DNA of 64,000 bases from NCBI GenBank assembly GCA_037189525.1, contig JBBCJC010000005.1:576001-640000 (forward strand). The letters run 5' to 3'. A program made the position numbers and the translations under genes. The notes beneath the pieces were generated by a model, which was not told the DNA's origin, searched no databases, and worked only from the letters and a program-made list of their open reading frames with translations. This document shows positions 57,801-64,000 of the stretch, piece after piece (position 1 is the first letter of the stretch; each line of letters opens with the position of its first letter). Source of the DNA: Gemmatimonadales bacterium (GTDB taxonomy: Bacteria; Gemmatimonadota; Gemmatimonadetes; Gemmatimonadales; GWC2-71-9).

Positions 57801-58311
57801 CTACTACCTGACCCGCACCAACATCGACACGGTCGCCCGGCTGCGTCGCTTCACGCCGCACGATGAACTCGACAAATGGAAGAACAGCACCTTCCAGCGT
57901 GACGATCAGCAGGTGTTCAAGCTGCATGCGCAGCAGCTGGCCAAGATGCACGCGGCCGGCGGCAAGTTGGGCTTCGGCTCCCACGGCGAAGTGCAGGGCA
58001 TCGGTGCGCACTGGGAACTCTGGATGATGGCCAGCGGCGGCCTCGGCAACCATGAGGTCCTCCGCATCAGTACCCTGACCAGCGCCGATGCAATCGGACT
58101 TGCCAAGGATCTGGGTTCGCTCGAGGTCGGGAAGCTGGCGGACCTCCAGGTTCTGGATCGGAATCCGCTCGAGCAACTCGAGCACACCACTTCGGTCCGC
58201 TACGTGATGAAGAACGGCCGGCTCTACGACGCCATCACGCTCGACGAAATCTGGCCGCGGACCCGCGCCCTACCGACACAGTGGTGGTGGCGGCTGGAGC
58301 CGCCGGCGTAG
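54853..58311 (+). CDS. Secreted amidohydrolase with N-terminal PD40/TolB beta-propellers
   Basis: Signal peptide; TEGSW.S.D..P.G...VFDLLGDLY, SPDG repeats; ILPGYVDIHAH, GSHG..QG.G.HWE.W, GSLEVGKLADL. Confidence 0.9.
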   Translation: MSLPFLRVLFPSAVAVLSLYGTATAQSAAQNDSAAKAATAAKGLPLISTRTLSFTTTEGSWLSIDIDPTGRTLVFDLLGDLYTLPIAGGTATRITSGFPYDMQARFSPDGKSIVFVSDRDGAENIWVADADGGNPRAITTTERENYVSPTWAPDGQYIVATKGNNLWIWHKDGGSGVQMTGQARPGTPPAPPQSLYIGAAFGADPATLWVNVRGTPTPSLASAVHHGHTDGDHDTRSTSREVGAIQIAELERSTGRIRIRTHEHEGAFRAVPSPDGKWLVYATRFDGRSALKLLDLTTGEDRWLVMDVQRDDYQGGGSRDRDLYPGSAFTPDSRALITSYGGQIRRIEIPSGQVSTIPFSASVDQPLGPLVKFEYPINDSVLTVTQIRGARPSPDGKRLAFTALDRLWIADLPASPGGPGNVTRTPPVIWNARRLTDAQVVEHGPVWSPDGRYLAYVTWDDSVGGQIQRIRTDGRATPEPLTHAPAFYDKLAYTKDGSRLLAVRGSKQHRMRTLEDFGNHGSAAEIEYVWLPATGGEPTRIRWAGGGVTPTRGVPHVGPDTSRVYVWTGSDGLVSMRMDGSDSRTLLKVTGASSPSFQGTMTPSIPEEVVLSPDGRRALVTVRTNVYMITVPPVGGDVPPTVSVVLPSTVPLWRLTRVGGEFAGWNHDGSQAHYSIGRSFFRYDLALGDSLVRDSVSRARPRPGAARPDSARADSTQKSGQVTFAYEAGRVDIEIVVPKDRPRGVVALRGARIVTMKGDEVIPSGDIVVTNNRITAVGPTGSVTIPGDARIIDVAGKTILPGYVDIHAHNWMAWGVHRTQIAQFLPQLAYGITTQRDPQTMETDILTYSDRMEIGELLGPRLFSTGPGVFSWDNIKSLADARDVLRRYADHYGTQTIKQYMAGDRKVRQWVIMAARELGLTPTTEGGINFTMNLTLMQDGYPGLEHNLPISPFYRDVVELHRTSGLFYTPTLIVSYGGPIGRNYYLTRTNIDTVARLRRFTPHDELDKWKNSTFQRDDQQVFKLHAQQLAKMHAAGGKLGFGSHGEVQGIGAHWELWMMASGGLGNHEVLRISTLTSADAIGLAKDLGSLEVGKLADLQVLDRNPLEQLEHTTSVRYVMKNGRLYDAITLDEIWPRTRALPTQWWWRLEPPA

Positions 58312-58617
58312 CCCCCACCTCGACCGCTGGAGCGGCGGGGAGGCAAATGGGCCCCAATCGCTGGGCCATCCCTCCCCGTCGTGGCGCTGGCCATGGTCAC
58401 CGTCGGGCTCGTTGCGACAGCCGGCCCAGCCCGGCGAGGCCTCCGAGTGGAGCCTCCCCGCGGCCCTCCAATCCGACGAATGGTCATTCCAGGCCCACTT
58501 TGGACCATCCCCGCGCAGGAAACACAGCAAATCGGTAGACTTCTGCGTAGTAAAGGCGGACTCGGCGACTTCTGGCCGGGCCCGCCGTTCAACCTTTTGC
58601 CAGATCCCTGCGACTTG

Positions 58618-59736
58618 ATGAATCCGACCTACCGCTCTGCCCGATATAGTTCCTTCCTTTGGCTGGTCGTGGCGTCGAGCCTCGTCGGCATGGGCTGCCG
58701 CAAAGCGCCCCCGCCCCGATCCGCGGCCGTCCCCGTCACCACCGCCCGGGTGGAGCAGCGGACCGTGCCCTTCGAAGTCACCGCGCCCGGTACCGTAGAG
58801 CCGATCAAGGCGGTTGCCGTCACGGCCCAGGTCAGCGGCCTGATCACGGCCGTCCATTTTCAGGAAGGGGCCCTGGTCGAGGCAGGCCAGATTCTGTTTG
58901 AAATCGATCCCCGGCCGTACCGCAACGCATTGCAGCAGGCCGAAGCCACCCTGGCCCGCGATCTGGTCCAGCTGGAAAATGCCCGTCGTCAGGTGGAGCG
59001 GTATCAGGGTCTGGCGCAAAGCGAGTATATCACGTCCGAGCAGTACGAGTCCCTCAAGGCCACCGCCGCCGGCCTGGCCGCCACGGTCCAGTCCGACTCG
59101 GCCACGGTCGACAACGCCCGGCTCAACCTCGAGTACACGACCATCCGGGCCCCGATTTCAGGCCGTACCGGGGGACTCCTGGTCAAGCAGGGCAACCAGG
59201 TCAGGGCCCAGTCGGCCGAGCCGATGGTGCTGGTCAACCAGACCCAGCCGATCATGATCCGGTTTTCGGTCCCGGCCAGCTATCTCCAGACCATCCGGGC
59301 CCAGCGCGGCGAGCGGCTTCGGATCCGGGCGGCCACCACGACCGACACCACGACGCTGCTCGGCGCGCTGTCGTTCGTTGATAACGCCGTCGACACCACC
59401 ACCGGCGCGATCCTGCTCAAGGGCCAGTTCTCCAATGCCAACGGCCTGCTCTGGCCCGGGCAGTTCGTCACCACCACGCTCGAGCTCTACCAGGAAAAAG
59501 ACGCCATCCTGGTGCCGAACGCCGCGATCGTCACGGCGGATGCCGGCAGCTATGTCTTCGTGATCGACCAGGAGCGGAAAGCGGCAATGCGCAACGTCGT
59601 GTTGGGGCGCACGGTCGGGGAGTACCAAATCGTCACCGTTGGACTCGAACCCGGCGAACGGGTGGTTACCGACGGCCAGCTCCGGCTCACCCCCGGCGCA
59701 ACCGTCGACATCAAGAATCTCGATCCCGGGGCCTGA
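58618..59736 (+). CDS. RND periplasmic adaptor subunit (MdtA-like lipoprotein)
   Basis: Lipobox GMGC; QVSG.I..V.F.EG..V, IDPRPY, IRAPISGRTG, DNAVD.TTG, LWPGQFV, VVTDGQ. Confidence 0.9.
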   Translation: MNPTYRSARYSSFLWLVVASSLVGMGCRKAPPPRSAAVPVTTARVEQRTVPFEVTAPGTVEPIKAVAVTAQVSGLITAVHFQEGALVEAGQILFEIDPRPYRNALQQAEATLARDLVQLENARRQVERYQGLAQSEYITSEQYESLKATAAGLAATVQSDSATVDNARLNLEYTTIRAPISGRTGGLLVKQGNQVRAQSAEPMVLVNQTQPIMIRFSVPASYLQTIRAQRGERLRIRAATTTDTTTLLGALSFVDNAVDTTTGAILLKGQFSNANGLLWPGQFVTTTLELYQEKDAILVPNAAIVTADAGSYVFVIDQERKAAMRNVVLGRTVGEYQIVTVGLEPGERVVTDGQLRLTPGATVDIKNLDPGA

Positions 59737-59739
59737 CCG

Positions 59740-62700
59740 ATGAATATTGCCGAGCCGTTCATCAAGCGACCAATCGCCACGACGCTGATCATGACGGGTG
59801 TCATGATTTTCGGCGCACTCGGCTACCGTCAGCTTCCGGTCAGCGATCTACCCACGATTGACTATCCGACCATCAACGTGAGTGCCAACCTGTCGGGCGC
59901 CAATCCCGAGAGCATGGCCTCCGCGGTCGCGACACCGCTGGAGCGGGCCTTTTCGACCATTCCCGGCGTCGAGCAAATCACCTCGACGAGCCGGCAAGGA
60001 TCGACCGACATCACGCTCCAGTTTTCGCTCTCCCGCAACATCGACGCCGCTGCGCAGGACGTGCAGACCGCGATTTCCCGTACCGTACGGCGGATGCCCG
60101 ACGACATGCGGGATCCGCCCAGCTACAACAAGTCGAACCCGTCCGACCAGCCGATCATCTACTACTCAGTCACCTCGGAAACGCTCCCGATCTCGACCGT
60201 CAACGAGTACGCCGAGACGATGATCGCGCAGAAACTGTCGACCATCGACGGTGTGGCGCAGGTCAACCTGATGGGCGAACAGCGGTACGCGGTGCGGGTC
60301 CAGATCGACCCGCGCGCGCTCGCCTACCGGCGGATCGGGATCGATGAAGTCGTCTCGGCGGTGACCAGCAACAACATCAGCACGCCGGCCGGATCGGTCT
60401 GGGGCCGCACCAAGGTGCTGGCGCTCCAGTCGAACGGTCAGTTGCAGAGTTCCGCCGCATTCCGGGACATCACCGTCGCCTATCGGAACGGTTCGCCGGT
60501 GCGGCTGGGCGACCTGGGGTTGGTGGTCGACGCGGTCGCCAATCCGCGCCAGGGCAACTGGTACAACGGCGTCCGAACCATCACTCTCGCCGTCAACCGG
60601 CAGCCGGGCTCCAACACCGTCGAGGTGGCCGACCGGGTCACCGCGATGGTCGATCAGATCATCGAACAGCTGCCGCCGTCGATCAAAGTCAACCGGCTGT
60701 ACGACCGTTCGGTCACGATCCGCGAGTCGGTGGCGGAAGTGAAGTTCACTCTGGCCCTGACCCTCGGGCTGGTGGTGCTGGTGATCTTCCTCTTCCTGCG
60801 CAACCTGCCGGCCACCGTGATCCCGAGTATGGCGCTCCCGCTCTCGATCGTGGGCACCTTCGGCGTCATGGCCATGGCCGGATTCAGTATCGACAACCTG
60901 TCGATGATGGCCCTCACGCTCGCGGTAGGCTTCGTGGTCGACGATGCCATCGTGATGCTCGAGAACATCGTCCGCCATCTGGAGATGGGCAAAACACCAC
61001 TCCAGGCCTCACTCGATGGCGCGCGCGAGATCGGCTTCACCATCGTCTCGATGACCATCTCGCTGGTGGCGGTTTTCATCCCGATCATGTTCATGCCCGG
61101 GCTGCTCGGACGGCTGTTCCATGAGTTCGCCATCGTCATCGGCGTGGCGATCCTGCTCTCGGGATTCGTGTCGCTGACGCTGACCCCGATGATGTGCGCC
61201 CGTTTCCTCAAGCAGGATCATCAGGTCAAGCGCGGGCGGCTCTATCAGATCACCGAGGCGGGATACGAGTGGTCGCTCGATCTCTACCGCCGAACTCTGC
61301 TCTGGGTGATGACCCACAAGCGGACCACGCTGGCCTTTTCCTTCGCGATTCTGGTGGGCACGGGCATCCTCTTCGCCGTGGTTCCGAAGGGATTCATCCC
61401 GAGCCAGGACGTCGGCGCCGTATTCGGCAGTCTCGAAGCGGCCGAGGGTACTTCATTCGAGCAGATGACCGAACACTTCCGTCGTGTCGGCGGCGTGATT
61501 CGGGAAAATCCGAACGTCGAAGCCGTACAGATCTCATCGTGGGGCAGCTGGGGACGGGTCAGCGTCTACCTCAAGCCGTACCATGAGCGCAGCGCGCGTG
61601 CCCAGGAAGTGATCCATCAGCTGGCGGGACCACTCTCGCAAGTTCCCGGCGTGCGCGTATTTCTGAGCAATCCGCCCGCCATTCGCATCGGTGGGCGCCA
61701 GAGCCGGAGCGAGTATCAGTTCACCCTGCAAAGCCCCGAACTCGACGTCCTGTACGAGAGTGCGACCGCGCTCGAAACCAAGATGCGCGAGTTGCCCGGC
61801 CTCACCGACGTGACCAGCGACCTGCAGATCCGGAATCCGCAGCTCAGGGTCAATGTCGATCGCGACCGGGCCGCGGCACTGGGCCTCAACATCAGCCAGG
61901 TCCAGAACGCGCTCTACAACGCTTTCGGCTCACGACAGATCTCGACCATCTGGGGCAGCACCAACGAGTATGCCGTGATCCTGGAACTCCTGCCGGAGTT
62001 CCAGGGCGACCCGTCGGCCATCAACCTGCTCCACGTCCGGTCGCCGCGCACGGGAGCGCTGATTCCGTTGGGCTCGGTCGCGTCGATCGAGCCGGTGTTG
62101 GGACCGCTGTCGGTCAACCATTCGGGCCAGCTACCGTCGGTCACGCTGGCCTTCAACCTCGCGGCCGGCATGCCGTTGGGTGACGCGGTTTCCGCGGTTC
62201 GCCAGCTTGCCGATCAGACCCTCCCGTCGAGTATTACGACGAGCTTTGGCGGAACGGCGCAGGCCTTCCAGCAATCGCAGGCGGGCCTGGCCTTCCTGCT
62301 GATCGTGGCCGTGCTGGTGATTTATCTGGTGCTCGGTGTGCTGTACGAGAGCTTCATTCACCCGATCACGATTCTTTCGGGTCTGCCGTTTGCCGTGTTC
62401 GGCGCACTGCTCACCTTATTGATCTTCGGGATCAGCCTCGACATTTACGCTTACGTCGGATTGATCCTATTGGTCGGCATCGTCAAGAAGAACGCGATCA
62501 TGATGATCGACTTTGCGGTGGAGGCCGAGCGGCGGGAGGGTAAACCACCCGAGGAAGCCATCGTGGAGGCCTGTCTGGTCCGCTTCCGGCCGATCATGAT
62601 GACGACGATGTGCGCCCTGATGGGCACCCTTCCCATCGCGCTCGCGTGGGGCGCCGGCGCCGAAGCGCGGCGGCCGCTCGGTGTGGCGGTGGTCGGCGGT

Positions 62701-62868
62701 CTGGCCTTCTCGCAGATCGTCACGCTGTACGTGACGCCCGTGTTCTTCACCTATCTCGACTCGTTCCAGAAATGGCTTGGCGCGCGGTTCGGCCGGGGGC
62801 GGCGGCGAACCGGAGCGACTGATGCGCCTGTTGCGCAACCGGCAATGATGGAAAGCGGCAGCTCGTAA
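59740..62868 (+). CDS. RND permease (MdtB/C-like)
   Basis: FIKRPIATTL, LPVSDLP.IDYPTI.V, GFVVDDAIVMLENI, YESFIHPITILS, GIVKKNAIMMIDFA, RFRPIMMTT. Confidence 0.93.
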   Translation: MNIAEPFIKRPIATTLIMTGVMIFGALGYRQLPVSDLPTIDYPTINVSANLSGANPESMASAVATPLERAFSTIPGVEQITSTSRQGSTDITLQFSLSRNIDAAAQDVQTAISRTVRRMPDDMRDPPSYNKSNPSDQPIIYYSVTSETLPISTVNEYAETMIAQKLSTIDGVAQVNLMGEQRYAVRVQIDPRALAYRRIGIDEVVSAVTSNNISTPAGSVWGRTKVLALQSNGQLQSSAAFRDITVAYRNGSPVRLGDLGLVVDAVANPRQGNWYNGVRTITLAVNRQPGSNTVEVADRVTAMVDQIIEQLPPSIKVNRLYDRSVTIRESVAEVKFTLALTLGLVVLVIFLFLRNLPATVIPSMALPLSIVGTFGVMAMAGFSIDNLSMMALTLAVGFVVDDAIVMLENIVRHLEMGKTPLQASLDGAREIGFTIVSMTISLVAVFIPIMFMPGLLGRLFHEFAIVIGVAILLSGFVSLTLTPMMCARFLKQDHQVKRGRLYQITEAGYEWSLDLYRRTLLWVMTHKRTTLAFSFAILVGTGILFAVVPKGFIPSQDVGAVFGSLEAAEGTSFEQMTEHFRRVGGVIRENPNVEAVQISSWGSWGRVSVYLKPYHERSARAQEVIHQLAGPLSQVPGVRVFLSNPPAIRIGGRQSRSEYQFTLQSPELDVLYESATALETKMRELPGLTDVTSDLQIRNPQLRVNVDRDRAAALGLNISQVQNALYNAFGSRQISTIWGSTNEYAVILELLPEFQGDPSAINLLHVRSPRTGALIPLGSVASIEPVLGPLSVNHSGQLPSVTLAFNLAAGMPLGDAVSAVRQLADQTLPSSITTSFGGTAQAFQQSQAGLAFLLIVAVLVIYLVLGVLYESFIHPITILSGLPFAVFGALLTLLIFGISLDIYAYVGLILLVGIVKKNAIMMIDFAVEAERREGKPPEEAIVEACLVRFRPIMMTTMCALMGTLPIALAWGAGAEARRPLGVAVVGGLAFSQIVTLYVTPVFFTYLDSFQKWLGARFGRGRRRTGATDAPVAQPAMMESGSS

Positions 62869-62895
62869 GCCGCGATCAGGCGAATAGGATGGATC

Positions 62896-62936
62896 CAAAG
62901 CGGGCGGTGCCGACCAGGCGCCGCCCGCTTTGTGTT
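62896..62936 (+). terminator. Intrinsic terminator after the RND permease
   Basis: CAAAGCGGGCGGTGCC-gacca-GGCGCCGCCCGCTTTG then TGTT. Confidence 0.7.
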
Positions 62937-63066
62937 CTGCGACCCGAAGCTAATTGCGGCGTTCGGGTACGGTCTGCGCCAACTTGGTTATGTTCTTCGG
63001 CGCAGGCAGGCAACAATAGCGGATGCCCAGTTGCATTCCCTCCTGCCGAGGCGGTACGTTGTGGTC

Positions 63067-63615
63067 ATGCCTGCATTGGTCCCGCGGTACACGATCGATC
63101 AGTTGGAGTCGTTCCCGGACGACGGGAACCGGTACGAACTCCTGGACGGAGTTCTGCTCGTGACGCCGGCCCCGAACGTCTCTCACGAGGCCATCGTGGA
63201 GCGGCTTTACATCGCGGTGCGCAGCTATCTCGGCGAATCCGTGCACATCTTCACCCGCGGTGCCGTGCAGGTTCCGCCGAGCAACCATTTCGAGCCCGAC
63301 CTGCTGGTCATACCACGCATGCCCCGTCTGCCGAAGAAATGGTCTGACATACCCGATGTCTGGCTGGCAGTCGAAGTATCGGGTTGGGGCTCACGCATCT
63401 ACGATCGCGACTTCAAGCACGACGCCTATCACAGACTGGGTGTACGGACCACCTGGCGTATCGACATCCTGGACCGAACCGCCACCTGCACGAACAAGGG
63501 ACGCGGGAAGGCCTTCCCGACCCGGGATGAGATCGTGTGGCAGGCTCCCGGGTCGGATGAGGCGCTTCGTTTATCCGTACCTTCCTTGTTCGAAGGTATC
63601 GAGGACGACGACTAG
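63067..63615 (+). CDS. Uma2 family endonuclease-fold protein
   Basis: PDDGNRYELLDG.L.VTPAP...H, EPDLLV, AVEVS, D...K..AY...GV...W. Confidence 0.88.
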   Translation: MPALVPRYTIDQLESFPDDGNRYELLDGVLLVTPAPNVSHEAIVERLYIAVRSYLGESVHIFTRGAVQVPPSNHFEPDLLVIPRMPRLPKKWSDIPDVWLAVEVSGWGSRIYDRDFKHDAYHRLGVRTTWRIDILDRTATCTNKGRGKAFPTRDEIVWQAPGSDEALRLSVPSLFEGIEDDD

Positions 63616-63618
63616 CCC

Positions 63619-63999
63619 CTACTGGCGCAGCAGGATATTGTGGGCGTACCCGCCATCCACCCGCAGCTGAACCGGCTTGCCGTCCTTGCGATCGAACGTC
63701 AAGAGCGAGTTCCCCGCGCTGAAGGAGTCGCCACCCCGGTAGCTGAGCGGCTGCCACGGCCCGTTCAGCGCTCGCTTGATCCGCACCTGGCCCGCACTGT
63801 CGGAAATCCACACGGTCATCGGACGCCCCCGCCCCGGCCCCGTATAGGTTCCGCCGAACTCCGCGGCATTCCCGGCAAAGGTCCGGGTCTGCTCCGGCGC
63901 CGGACCGAGCACGATACGCGCAATAGCCGCGGCCATGGCATCGGGCCGAGCCGGCCCCTGGGAATTGAGCAACACGACGACCGTCAGATCCTGCTCCGG
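63619..63999 (-). CDS. C-terminal part of a probable serine hydrolase (beta-lactamase family); gene extends beyond the window
   Basis: PEQDLTVVVLLN typical of the end of class-C-like hydrolases, followed by a GTY-containing small beta domain. Confidence 0.6.
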   Translation of the reverse strand, partial: PEQDLTVVVLLNSQGPARPDAMAAAIARIVLGPAPEQTRTFAGNAAEFGGTYTGPGRGRPMTVWISDSAGQVRIKRALNGPWQPLSYRGGDSFSAGNSLLTFDRKDGKPVQLRVDGGYAHNILLRQ

Positions 64000-64000
64000 C

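Noticed and set aside
58381..58617. Long N-terminal extensions in the ORF track (also 1231, 4955, 21188, 44645, 48955, 54730, 62932)
   Set aside because: Signal peptides, RBS positions, stop/start overlaps and family N-termini point to later starts.
58618..62868. RND pair lacking its own outer-membrane factor
   Set aside because: Common arrangement; a TolC-type protein is usually supplied from another locus.
63067..63615. Uma2 nuclease-fold gene as a possible defence system
   Set aside because: Solitary, with no methylase or partner gene; such genes are commonly scattered paralogues.

Overview
High-GC bacterial chromosomal window. The gene repertoire (many signal-peptide hydrolases, PD40-amidohydrolase, Big-domain lipoprotein, Uma2) suggests Gemmatimonadota or a relative; this is an inference. 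In order it contains: secreted hydrolases, a thioredoxin-like gene, an operon of three outer-membrane barrels, an Ig/leishmanolysin-like lipoprotein, a dienelactone hydrolase, a higBA module whose toxin lacks a canonical start codon, a group-2 mrp/pha antiporter operon, pyruvate carboxylase, a Zn alcohol dehydrogenase and a GT4. Next is a heavy-metal locus (His-rich RPP-ending leader ORF, czcCBA, czcP-like ATPase) facing a His-repeat/TolB lipoprotein, then an ArsR-SRPBCC pair. After that come a ~3200-aa DUF11-repeat surface protein translationally coupled to a ~1190-aa beta-barrel, a degenerate DUF892 protein, an S8 peptidase, AbgT, a creatininase, a PD40-amidohydrolase, an MdtAB-like RND pair, Uma2 and a partial serine hydrolase. 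The best candidate for an undescribed system is the giant adhesin plus giant barrel pair (35085-48295), possibly a dedicated secretion or surface-display system whose barrel carries a SprA-like inserted motif. Second is the metal-sensing architecture around the czc locus. No rRNA, tRNA, CRISPR array, transposase, integrase or reverse transcriptase was recognised. All family calls come from motif recognition, not database searches.
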